A stretch of 64,000 nucleotides of DNA from Clostridia bacterium (GTDB lineage: Bacteria; Bacillota; Clostridia; CAKSNL01; HGM11501). Where the stretch lies: positions 64,001 through 128,000 of the forward strand of contig JAZQAZ010000008.1 in NCBI GenBank assembly GCA_045545475.1, read 5' to 3'. The translations under genes and the position numbers were made by a program. Within the stretch, counting starts at the first letter, position 1, and each line of letters starts with the position of its first letter. This document shows, one piece after another, positions 1 to 8,379 of this stretch. The notes under the pieces are model-generated. The model searched no databases, was not told the DNA's origin, and saw nothing but the letters and a program-made list of their open reading frames with translations.

Positions 1-1069
1 GAGTGAGCATCCGCTGGCAAAAGCCATAGTTAATTTTGCGAAAGAAAAAAGCGTACCTCTTTTGGAGGCGGAAGATTTTTCTGCAGTTTCCGGAAACGGT
101 CTCACAGGCATAATTGAAGGAAACATGGTGTATGGCGGCAAAGAAGAATTCATAGCTGAAAAAACAAAAATTCCCGAAGATATAAAGAGGAAAGCAGAGC
201 TTCTTCGTGCGGGAGGAAAAACAGTGATGTTTTTCGCAATTAAAGAAAAGCTTTTAGGTCTTATAGCTGTATCAGATGTAATAAAGGAAGACAGCAAAGA
301 GGCTATTGAAAAGCTTAAAAAGATGGGACTTTCAGTTGTAATGTTGACGGGGGACAACGAAATCACTGCAAAAAGCATAGCCAAAGAAGCGGGAATTGAT
401 TATGTTCGTGCAAACCTTCTTCCTGAAGATAAGGAAAAGGCCATAGCGGAGCTTTCTGCGAAAGGAAAGGTTATGATGGTTGGCGACGGCATTAATGATG
501 CTGTGGCCCTTACAAGAGCTGATATCGGCGTCGCCATCGGCACAGGGACAGACGTGGCAATTGATTCTGCGGATGTGGTTATCATGAAAAGTAGCCTTAA
601 AGATGTCTGCCGTCTTATTTCTCTGTCCAGAGGTACTCTTAAGAATATTCATGAAAATCTATTTTGGGCATTTTTCTACAATGCTATCGGGATTCCTGTT
701 GCGGCAGGTGCTTTTGCAGGATTCGGACTTACACTTAATCCGATGCTGGGGGCCCTTGCAATGAGCCTTTCAAGCTTCTGCGTCGTAAGCAACGCCTTAA
801 GGCTTAATTTCTATGATATTGATAAAATATATTATAAAAGAAAATATAAAAAGGAGGACAAAACCATGGAGAAAACAATGAAAATTGAGGGCATGATGTG
901 TACTCACTGCTCGGGAAGAGTAAAGAAAGTTTTAGAAGAGCTTCCCGGTGTTAGTGAGGCAATCGTAAGTCACGAGGAAGGAACGGCGATAGTAAAGCTT
1001 TCTTCTGAAGTAACGGATGAAACGTTAAAAAAGACTGTTGAAGACCAGGGCTATAAAGTTATTGGCTGA
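1..1069 (+). CDS. copA: Copper-translocating P1B-type ATPase, 5'-truncated by the window edge, with C-terminal HMA domain
   Basis: MLTGDN, VMMVGDGINDA, NLFWAFFYN and MSLSS motifs; C-terminal GMMCTHC metal-binding domain; the frame reads SEHPLA near position 3. Confidence 0.93.
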   Translation, partial: SEHPLAKAIVNFAKEKSVPLLEAEDFSAVSGNGLTGIIEGNMVYGGKEEFIAEKTKIPEDIKRKAELLRAGGKTVMFFAIKEKLLGLIAVSDVIKEDSKEAIEKLKKMGLSVVMLTGDNEITAKSIAKEAGIDYVRANLLPEDKEKAIAELSAKGKVMMVGDGINDAVALTRADIGVAIGTGTDVAIDSADVVIMKSSLKDVCRLISLSRGTLKNIHENLFWAFFYNAIGIPVAAGAFAGFGLTLNPMLGALAMSLSSFCVVSNALRLNFYDIDKIYYKRKYKKEDKTMEKTMKIEGMMCTHCSGRVKKVLEELPGVSEAIVSHEEGTAIVKLSSEVTDETLKKTVEDQGYKVIG

Positions 1070-1072
1070 ATA

Positions 1073-1106
1073 AAAAAATCGCATGGCTTTCGCCATGCGA
1101 TTTTTT
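1073..1106. terminator. Bidirectional intrinsic terminator
   Basis: AAAAAAATCGCATGGC-TTTC-GCCATGCGATTTTTT between convergent copA and metI. Confidence 0.85.
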
Positions 1107-1831
1107 TATTTGTTTTTAAGTCTCTTATCGCTCTTTTTTGCAAGATAATTACCGAGAGACTGAAAGGCTATAACAAGGAGGACCAAAAGCACAACGGATA
1201 TATACATTTCGGCATCTCTGTAGCGGTAATAACCATAGTTTATTGCAATTTTTCCGAGACCGCCGCCGCCTATAATACCGCTCATTGCAGAATATCCTAA
1301 AACGGTGGTTATTGCAATTGTAAAGTTAGAAATCAATGACGGTACACTTTCAGGAATCATTACCTTTACAATAATCTGAAAAGGTGTAGCTCCCATACTT
1401 TCAGCAGCTTCAATAATGTTGGGATTGATTTCGCGTAAACTGCTTTCAACAAGTCTTGCAACAAAAGGAAATGCCGCAATTACAAGAGGAACTATCATTG
1501 CAACAGTACCGATTCTGGTGCCTAAAATGAGCTCTGTAAGAGGGAAAGCCATAATCATAAGTATCAAAAACGGGATTGATCTTAAAAGATTGATTACGGT
1601 ATTTATTATGCTCATAAGCCATGAAGGAAGGGGCATAACGCCATTCTTCTCGCCTGCTACGAGCAACACTCCCAAAGGAAGTCCTAAAACAACTGCAAAA
1701 AGTGTGGAAAGCACAGTTACATAAACTGTTTCCCAGATTGCAAAGGGAACTTCGTTTACAGTAACCCATATAGCATCGTGAAGAAGCTTGTTATCAATGG
1801 TTTCTATATAGGCATTTATATTATTGAGCAT
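1106..1831 (-). CDS. metI: Methionine ABC transporter permease
   Basis: RSIPFLIL, EAAESMGA and GGGGLG motifs; follows metN. Confidence 0.92.
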   Translation of the reverse strand: MLNNINAYIETIDNKLLHDAIWVTVNEVPFAIWETVYVTVLSTLFAVVLGLPLGVLLVAGEKNGVMPLPSWLMSIINTVINLLRSIPFLILMIMAFPLTELILGTRIGTVAMIVPLVIAAFPFVARLVESSLREINPNIIEAAESMGATPFQIIVKVMIPESVPSLISNFTIAITTVLGYSAMSGIIGGGGLGKIAINYGYYRYRDAEMYISVVLLVLLVIAFQSLGNYLAKKSDKRLKNK

Positions 1832-1833
1832 AA

Positions 1834-2829
1834 TTAAACCTCCTCCACAATGATATTTTCCTGTGATGTTAAATAGTCTTTTACTTTAGCGAAATCAGCA
1901 TCGGCAGGAATGCTTAAGAGGATGCTTCCAAAAGCCTTTTCTCCGATAGCTTTGGTTGAAGCACCCAAGATGTTTGCGGTAACTCCCAAATCAACAGCCA
2001 TATTTGTAATGGCAGGAGAGCTTGCGGCAACAGCACCGTTGTATACAACTCTGAAAATTCTCTGGTTTGTAAGTTCGGGAAGGAGGGTTTCTGCTCCGTC
2101 AGGAAACACAAGTCTTTTTGCGGCTTCAGATTTGGGGTTGGAAAATACATCTGTAACAGTTCCTTCCTCAACGACATATCCGTTGTCAAGTATTGCCACA
2201 CGGTTGCAGATGTCCTCCACAACGCTCATCTGGTGTGTGATTATAATCACTGTGATACCGAGACGCTTATTTATATCCTTTATTAGGGATAAAATTGACT
2301 GTGTGGTTTTGGGATCCAGGGCACTGGTTGCTTCGTCACATAAAAGAACTTCAGGATCTGTGGCAAGTGCTCTTGCGATGGCGATTCTTTGCATCTGGCC
2401 GCCGGAAAGCTGTGCGGGATATGCATTTGCTTTGTCGGGAAGGCCTACAATTTCAAGAAGTTCCATGGCTCTCTTTTTAGCTTCCGTTTTGTTTACACCG
2501 GAAAGTTCCAGGGGGAAACAGATGTTATTAAGGCAGGTTCTTTGCATTAATAGATTAAAGCTCTGGAAAATCATGGTAACCTTTCTCCGCATTTCACGAA
2601 GTTCAGAAGGCGAAAGCGTAGTTAAGTCACTTCCGTTTATAATTACCTTGCCTTCGCTGGGACGCTCAAGCATATTTATGCATCGTACCAGTGTACTTTT
2701 TCCGGCACCGCTCATGCCGATAATTCCGTAGATATCACCTTTTTCTATATTTAAGCTGATGTCGGTAAGGGCATGGACTTCTCCTCCGGCAGTATTAAAT
2801 GTTTTTGTCAGGTTTTCGATTTTAATCAT
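1834..2829 (-). CDS. metN: Methionine ABC transporter ATP-binding protein
   Basis: GMSGAGKS Walker A, LSGGQ, LLCDEATSALDP; NIL-like C-terminus. Confidence 0.93.
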   Translation of the reverse strand: MIKIENLTKTFNTAGGEVHALTDISLNIEKGDIYGIIGMSGAGKSTLVRCINMLERPSEGKVIINGSDLTTLSPSELREMRRKVTMIFQSFNLLMQRTCLNNICFPLELSGVNKTEAKKRAMELLEIVGLPDKANAYPAQLSGGQMQRIAIARALATDPEVLLCDEATSALDPKTTQSILSLIKDINKRLGITVIIITHQMSVVEDICNRVAILDNGYVVEEGTVTDVFSNPKSEAAKRLVFPDGAETLLPELTNQRIFRVVYNGAVAASSPAITNMAVDLGVTANILGASTKAIGEKAFGSILLSIPADADFAKVKDYLTSQENIIVEEV

Positions 2830-2849
2830 AATTTACTCCTGTACCGTAA

Positions 2850-2890
2850 TTTGAAAATACGCCGGTTGCAAGCAACCGGCGCTTTTTCAA
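2850..2890 (-). terminator. Intercistronic hairpin between metQ and metN
   Basis: CGCCGGTTGC-AA-GCAACCGGCG stem flanked by TTGAAAA/TTTTCAA. Confidence 0.6.
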
Positions 2891-2899
2891 AGATTTTAA

Positions 2900-3754
2900 T
2901 TATTCAGCTTTGATAGCGTCAAGTGTTGTCTGTTTGCCACCGTAAATACCCATGGGTTCTACGTGTATAGCAGATACTGAAACAACCTCTGTTCCGTTTT
3001 CTGCATTAAAGTCTTCAAGATAGGGAAGATGCTGGAAATAGTTAGCATCAACTTCACCTGAGTTTACAACATTGTTGGGCTGAACATAATCTGTGTATTC
3101 GATTATTTCGAGAGTGATTTCCTTTGCTGCAAGAATATCCTTTGCAATTGTAAGAATTTCAGCATGGGGTGTGGGAGAAGCTGCAACGGAAACGGTAGTG
3201 CCCTTAAGTGCTTCATAATCAATTGATGCATCATAACCGTCTGTTGTGTTTTCGATTGTGCTTACAACTGCACCTTCGTAAGTTTCTGCAATAAAGTCAG
3301 CAACTGCCTGGCTTTCAAGTGCTGCAATTAAAGCCTTGATAACGGGGTTTTCTTCGTTACCTGCCTTAACAGCTAAAATGTTGCTGTATGCAGAAAAAGC
3401 ACCTTCCATAGCAAGTGAATCAGCTACAGGATTCAAATCGGCAGAAATTGCATAGTTTGAATTGATTACTGCATAGTCAACACTGGAAAGAACATTGGGA
3501 AGCTGAGCTGCTTCAACTTCTTTGAACTCAATACCATAAGGATTTTCAACTATATCACGGATAGTAGCTGTGATGCCTGCACCGTCAGCCAATGTGATGT
3601 AGCCGAGTTCTTCAAGGAGAAGGAGAGCACGAGCCTCGTTTGTTGTGTCATTGGGAACTGCGATAGTGATTGCCTTTTCTCCGCAACCTGTAAAGAGAGC
3701 TAAAGATGCAACCAACATTACAAGTGCGAGTGCGATGGATAAAAATCTTTTCAT
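2900..3754 (-). CDS. metQ: MetQ/NlpA family methionine-binding lipoprotein, circularly permuted
   Basis: Lipobox FTGC; IAVPNDTTNEARAL, VEAAQLP, ASPTPHAEIL, DYVQPN, DANYFQHLPYL and HVEPMGIY motifs with the two halves in swapped order. Confidence 0.9.
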   Translation of the reverse strand: MKRFLSIALALVMLVASLALFTGCGEKAITIAVPNDTTNEARALLLLEELGYITLADGAGITATIRDIVENPYGIEFKEVEAAQLPNVLSSVDYAVINSNYAISADLNPVADSLAMEGAFSAYSNILAVKAGNEENPVIKALIAALESQAVADFIAETYEGAVVSTIENTTDGYDASIDYEALKGTTVSVAASPTPHAEILTIAKDILAAKEITLEIIEYTDYVQPNNVVNSGEVDANYFQHLPYLEDFNAENGTEVVSVSAIHVEPMGIYGGKQTTLDAIKAE

Positions 3755-3814
3755 TATAATACCTCCTAAAGTATATTAAATTAATGATAGCATTTTTTGC
3801 CTTATTTGTCAAGA

Positions 3815-4741
3815 TTAATCGAACATTTCGCTTGAAAGATAACGCTCGCCGGTATCTGGAAGCAAAACAACAATGGTTTTACCATCGTTTTCAGGACGCT
3901 TTGCAAGGGTGAGAGCCGCAAACAAAGCAGCTCCGGAGGATATACCCGATAAAACGCCTTCTTTTTTAGAAAGGAAGTTTCCCATTTCATAAGCCTCTTC
4001 GGTTTTCACGGTTATTACTTCGTCGTAAATGCTTTTGTCAAGTGTATTTGGAATGAAATTTGCACCGATTCCCTGAATTTTATGAGGGCCGGCTTTTCCT
4101 TCTGATAAAAGAGGGGAGTCAGTAGGCTCTACGGCCACTACTTTAATGGTGGGATTTTTTTCCTTAAGGTATCTTCCGGTTCCGCTTAAAGTTCCGCCGG
4201 TACCTACGGCAGAAACAAAGATATCAACTTTACCTTCGGTATCTGTATAAATTTCCGGTCCTGTTGTACGGTAATGAGCATCGGGATTTGCCTTGTTTTC
4301 AAATTGCGAAGGGATAAAACTTCCTTCTATTTCCTTTGCGAGTTCCTCTGCTTTTTCGATGGCACCTTTCATGCCTTTTCCGCCATCGGTAAGATAAAGT
4401 TCTGCCCCGTAGGCTTTTAATAAATTCCGGCGTTCTATACTCATGGTGTCCGGCATGGTTAATATTACTCTGTAGCCTTTAACCGAACCAAGGCAGGCAA
4501 GCCCTACACCAGTGTTTCCGCTGGTGGGTTCAATTATAACTGAACCTTCCTTTAATAAACCTCTTTCCTCGGCATCTTTAATCATTGAAAGAGCAACTCT
4601 GTCCTTTGCACTTCCTGCAGGATTGAATGATTCAAGCTTTGCGAGAACTTTTGATTTAAGGGAATACTCCTTCTCGAGACGAGTAAGCTCCAAAAGAGGC
4701 GTTTTTCCGATTAACCCTTCGATTGTTTGATAAATATTCAT
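3815..4741 (-). CDS. cysK: Cysteine synthase A
   Basis: NPAGSAKDR (PLP lysine), EPTSGNTG, GTGGT, HKIQGIG, PDTGERYLS. Confidence 0.95.
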   Translation of the reverse strand: MNIYQTIEGLIGKTPLLELTRLEKEYSLKSKVLAKLESFNPAGSAKDRVALSMIKDAEERGLLKEGSVIIEPTSGNTGVGLACLGSVKGYRVILTMPDTMSIERRNLLKAYGAELYLTDGGKGMKGAIEKAEELAKEIEGSFIPSQFENKANPDAHYRTTGPEIYTDTEGKVDIFVSAVGTGGTLSGTGRYLKEKNPTIKVVAVEPTDSPLLSEGKAGPHKIQGIGANFIPNTLDKSIYDEVITVKTEEAYEMGNFLSKKEGVLSGISSGAALFAALTLAKRPENDGKTIVVLLPDTGERYLSSEMFD

Positions 4742-4774
4742 AAAATTACCTCCTTAAGATGTGTACTTTTAAAG

Positions 4775-4803
4775 TTTATCACTTAAAAATTTCTTTGTCA
4801 ATT
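4775..4803 (-). promoter_or_regulatory. SigA-type promoter for cysK-metQNI
   Basis: Minus strand TTGACA-17 nt-TAAACT, followed by an AAGGAGG RBS. Confidence 0.7.
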
Positions 4804-4868
4804 GCATTTTGTGGCAAAATTGCACAAAGTACATGCCGTTGCAATGGCAATATTGGCAAATATGCCGA

Positions 4869-4897
4869 TTGAAAGGATGACGCAATTATTGTATAAT
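4869..4897 (+). promoter_or_regulatory. SigA-type promoter for the aro leader and operon
   Basis: TTGAAA (4869)-17 nt-TATAAT (4892). Confidence 0.75.
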
Positions 4898-4926
4898 TAT
4901 ACGAAATATGAAAGGGGATGCCGCAA

Positions 4927-5094
4927 ATGACTAAAATGATGAGAAAATCAGGTAAAAGTGCGGTATCTTTATGCGAAAATGCTGTTAAAGACACTTTTTT
5001 TGAAGTGTCTTTTTTTGCATGCTTCCGATTTTTTTACTACTATTATTTTATGAACAATATGTGCCGAAAAGTTAAAACTGCTGTAATGGTTTAA
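4927..5094 (+). CDS. Putative Phe/Tyr-rich attenuator leader peptide (55 aa)
   Basis: Translated by hand: MTKMMRKSGKSAVSLCENAVKDTFFEVSFFACFRFFYYYYFMNNMCRKVKTAVMV*; SD AAAGGGG at 4911-4917; alternative in-frame ATG at 4918; lies directly upstream of pheA. Confidence 0.78.
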   Translation: MTKMMRKSGKSAVSLCENAVKDTFFEVSFFACFRFFYYYYFMNNMCRKVKTAVMV

Positions 5095-5140
5095 TTAAAG
5101 TTATTTCAGCGTTTTCGCTTTTCGGCGGAAACGCTTTTAT
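5063..5140 (+). promoter_or_regulatory. Attenuator: terminator 5108-5140 and competing antiterminator 5063-5083/5107-5126
   Basis: Terminator AGCGTTTTCGC-TTTTCG-GCGGAAACGCT-TTTAT; GCCGAAAAG (5063-5071) is complementary to CTTTTCGGC (5118-5126), and AAAACTGCTG pairs with CAGCGTTTT with one bulge. Confidence 0.78.
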
Positions 5141-5163
5141 ATTTTCTGAAAGGTTTTGATACG

Positions 5164-6270
5164 ATGAATAAGCTTGATATTGCGAGAAACGAGATTAATG
5201 AAATAGATAAGGAAATGGCATCCCTCTTCGAAAGAAGAATGAAGGCAGCTAAAATGGTAGCTGAATATAAAAAGGAAAACGCACTTCCTATTTTTGATTC
5301 GGGAAGAGAAGCTTTTCTGATAGATAGAAACTCTTCATATATAGAGGATGCGGTGCTTAAGGATTACTATGTTGAATTTATAAAAAGCACTATGGATATT
5401 TCAAAATCCTATCAGAGAAGGCTGCTTGACGGTATGCGGGTAGCGTATTCGGGAGTTCCGGGGGCTTTTGCCCATATTGCGGCAAATAAAATTTTCGACA
5501 GTGCAAACCCGATTGCTTATGACAGCTTTAAGTCAGCGTACGAAGCTGTTGAAAAAGGCGAATGTGACTGTGCGGTGCTTCCCATCGAAAACAGCTATGC
5601 AGGCGACGTTGCTCAGGTTATGGATATAGCATTTTTCGGATCCCTTCATATAACAGGGATATATGATCTTGAGGTAAGCCATAATCTCCTTGCTAAAAAA
5701 GGCACAAACAAAGGCGATGTTAAAAAAATAATAAGCCATTCTCAGGCATTAAGCCAGTGTGCAGGATATATTGAAAAGAATAATCTTTTAAAGGAAGAAG
5801 CTACAAATACAGCGGTTGCGGCAAAGACGGTTGCGGAATCTTGCGATAATACTCTTGCGGCAATAGCAAGCAAGGAAGCGGCATCTCTTTACGGCCTTAC
5901 GGTAATTGAAGAAAATATTAATCAGAGTGCCAACAATACCACACGTTTTGCTGTGTTTTCAAGAAGCACCGGTAAAGAAAATAAGGGTAATAATCATTTC
6001 GTATTTTTCTTTACGGTTAAAAACGAGGCAGGTGCCCTCGGTAAGGCAATTTCAGTAATCGGAAAATATGGATTTAACTTAAAGGCGTTAAAGAGCCGTC
6101 CCACAAAAGAGCTTATCTGGGATTATTATTTCTTTGCAGAAGGCGAAGGCGAAATTAACGGAGAAAACGGAGATAAGATGCTTTCCGAGCTTAAAGAAAG
6201 TTGTAATGAAATTAAGGTTGTGGGAAGCTTTGCCAATGAAATCCTGTTAAGAGAGAAGGATAATAAATGA
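5164..6270 (+). CDS. pheA: Bifunctional chorismate mutase/prephenate dehydratase
   Basis: N-terminal CM type II domain (RNEINEID), LPIENS, SHSQALSQC, NTTRF, ACT domain with SRP. Confidence 0.92.
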   Translation: MNKLDIARNEINEIDKEMASLFERRMKAAKMVAEYKKENALPIFDSGREAFLIDRNSSYIEDAVLKDYYVEFIKSTMDISKSYQRRLLDGMRVAYSGVPGAFAHIAANKIFDSANPIAYDSFKSAYEAVEKGECDCAVLPIENSYAGDVAQVMDIAFFGSLHITGIYDLEVSHNLLAKKGTNKGDVKKIISHSQALSQCAGYIEKNNLLKEEATNTAVAAKTVAESCDNTLAAIASKEAASLYGLTVIEENINQSANNTTRFAVFSRSTGKENKGNNHFVFFFTVKNEAGALGKAISVIGKYGFNLKALKSRPTKELIWDYYFFAEGEGEINGENGDKMLSELKESCNEIKVVGSFANEILLREKDNK

Positions 6271-7271
6271 GTCTTTATATGAATCTCGGAAAAGACAGTT
6301 ATGATATAATTATAGAACGCGGAGCCTTAGCTAAGGCTGGTGAATATTTTGATCTGGACAGAAAAGTACTTGTTGTAACCGACTCAGGCGTTCCCGAAGA
6401 ATATGCAAAAACTGTTGCAGAAAAGGCAAAGGATGGCTATATTGTTACATTTCCCCAGGGTGAAGAAAATAAAAACTTTGAAACCTACAAAACCGTTTTA
6501 AGTGCTCTTACGGAAAATGGCTTTACGAGAACAGACTGCGTTGTTGCGGTAGGCGGCGGAGTTGTGGGAGATTTAGCGGGCTTTGCAGCTGCAAGCTACA
6601 TGCGAGGAATTGATTTTTACAACATCCCCACAACCGTGCTTTCTCAGATTGATTCTTCAATCGGCGGTAAAACTGCTATTGATTTTTACGGATACAAAAA
6701 TATAATCGGAGCATTTCATCAGCCGAAAAAGGTTATAATCGACGCCGATGTAACAAAAACCCTTACGAAAAGACAAATCGTATCGGGACTTGCAGAAGCC
6801 GTTAAAATGGCAGTTACAAGCGATAAGGAACTTTTCTCTATTTTTGAAAACGGCGACTATGAAGAGCGTTTTGATGAAATAATCGAAAAATCCCTTATGA
6901 TTAAAAAAGCGGTGGTCGAAGAGGATGTGGATGAAAAGGGGCTTCGTAAGGTTCTTAATTTCGGTCACACAATAGGCCACGCCATAGAATCAAATGCGGG
7001 ACTCGGAAGTCTTTATCACGGCGAATGTGTCGCACTCGGAATGCTTTATATGGCGGATAAAGAAGCGAGAGAAAGAATATTTAATGTGCTTAAAAAGCTT
7101 GGACTTCCCACAAAGGCAGAGTTTGATAAGGACGAAATAATAAATACAATAAAGCACGACAAAAAAGCATCGGGAGACAAGATTACGGTTATTTACGTTA
7201 AAGAAATCGGAAGCTTTGAAATGAGAAAAATTGATATATCTGAGCTTTACGGATATATAAATGAGGTTTGA
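6267..7271 (+). CDS. aroB: 3-dehydroquinate synthase
   Basis: GGGVVGDLAGF, PTTVLSQIDSSIGGKT, LNFGHTIGHAIE, HGECVA. Confidence 0.95.
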   Translation: MSLYMNLGKDSYDIIIERGALAKAGEYFDLDRKVLVVTDSGVPEEYAKTVAEKAKDGYIVTFPQGEENKNFETYKTVLSALTENGFTRTDCVVAVGGGVVGDLAGFAAASYMRGIDFYNIPTTVLSQIDSSIGGKTAIDFYGYKNIIGAFHQPKKVIIDADVTKTLTKRQIVSGLAEAVKMAVTSDKELFSIFENGDYEERFDEIIEKSLMIKKAVVEEDVDEKGLRKVLNFGHTIGHAIESNAGLGSLYHGECVALGMLYMADKEARERIFNVLKKLGLPTKAEFDKDEIINTIKHDKKASGDKITVIYVKEIGSFEMRKIDISELYGYINEV

Positions 7272-7273
7272 TT

Positions 7274-8365
7274 ATGAAAAATACATTTGGTGATAACATA
7301 ACCCTTACGGTTTTCGGAGAAAGCCACGGAAGTGCCATAGGCGTTATCATTGACGGTCTTGCCCCGGGAATTAGCGTTGACGAGGAAAAAATAGCGTATA
7401 AGCTTCTTTTAAGGAGACCTTCAGGCGGTATTTCCACATCAAGGGTTGAAGCGGATAGATTTAAGATTGAAAGCGGAGTGTACGAGGGAAAGACAACCGG
7501 AACACCCGTTACAATTATAATTCCCAACGAAAACACAAAAAGCGGTGATTATAAGGCAACGGAAAACCTTGCAAGACCTGCCCACGCCGATTACACGGCT
7601 TATATGAAATATCACGGCTTTGAGGACAGACGTGGCGGCGGTCACTTCAGCGGAAGAATAACCGCAGGGATTGTTGCGGCAGGTGCAATTTTTATAAGTG
7701 CCCTTGAAAACAAAGGTATATATATCGGAACTCATATGAAAAAGTGTGCAGGAGTTTCGGACAGAGAATTTTCTGATCTTACAGAAGACGTTAAAAAGCT
7801 CGTGAATATGCGTTTTCCCGTTTTATCAGAGGAAGCAGGAAGCTTAATGCAGGAAAAAATCATGCAGGCAAGAGAAGATAAGGACAGCGTCGGCGGAATA
7901 CTGGAAACGGCAATCATCGGCGTTCCCGCAGGCCTTGGAGAGCCTTATTTTGACAGCATCGAAAGTAAAATTTCCCACGCCATGTTTTCAATCGGCGGAG
8001 TTAAAGGCATCGAATTCGGAAAAGGCTTTGCTCTTTCGGATATGACGGGAAGCGAGGCAAACGATGCCTTCAGAATGGATAATGGCGTTGTTATAACAGA
8101 AACCAACAACAACGGCGGAATAAACGGCGGTATTACAAACGGAATGCCCATTTTATTCTCACTTGCCGTAAAGCCTACACCTTCCATATTCAGAGTGCAG
8201 AAAACTGTGGACTTCGTAAAAGGCGAGGACGCGGAGATTGAACTTAAGGGCAGGCACGATCCTTGTATCGTCCACAGAGCAAAAAGCGTAGCAGATGCAC
8301 TTTCAGCATTTGTCATTGCCGATGTACTTACGGGACGCTACGGAACGGACTATCTGGCAGATTAA
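7274..8365 (+). CDS. aroC: Chorismate synthase
   Basis: FGESHG, RPAHADY, RGGGHFSGRITA, KPTPSI, GRHDPCI. Confidence 0.95.
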   Translation: MKNTFGDNITLTVFGESHGSAIGVIIDGLAPGISVDEEKIAYKLLLRRPSGGISTSRVEADRFKIESGVYEGKTTGTPVTIIIPNENTKSGDYKATENLARPAHADYTAYMKYHGFEDRRGGGHFSGRITAGIVAAGAIFISALENKGIYIGTHMKKCAGVSDREFSDLTEDVKKLVNMRFPVLSEEAGSLMQEKIMQAREDKDSVGGILETAIIGVPAGLGEPYFDSIESKISHAMFSIGGVKGIEFGKGFALSDMTGSEANDAFRMDNGVVITETNNNGGINGGITNGMPILFSLAVKPTPSIFRVQKTVDFVKGEDAEIELKGRHDPCIVHRAKSVADALSAFVIADVLTGRYGTDYLAD

Positions 8366-8379
8366 TTTGGAGGAAGAAA

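Noticed and set aside
1910-2731. 273-aa antisense ORF over metN, and the many other short opposite-strand ORFs in the track
   Set aside because: Shadow ORFs of well-supported genes, with no recognisable motifs
4742-4803. SAM (S-box) or T-box riboswitch for cysK-metQNI
   Set aside because: The promoter is only ~35 nt from the cysK start, leaving no room, and no riboswitch motifs were seen
4800-4866. Sigma-54 promoter suggested by repeated TGGCA/TTGC motifs
   Set aside because: The GG-N10-GC spacing is not met in the candidates checked; it may be an operator but this cannot be supported
4900-5160. T-box riboswitch upstream of pheA
   Set aside because: No GGTGGTACCGCG-like T-box sequence or specifier stem was found; the leader ORF and alternative helices explain the region better
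8263-8379. N-terminal extensions of the ORF-track calls for aroE (8263), 16093, 17196, 27933 and 35945
   Set aside because: Downstream starts have clear SD sequences, and the extensions overlap neighbouring genes or promoters
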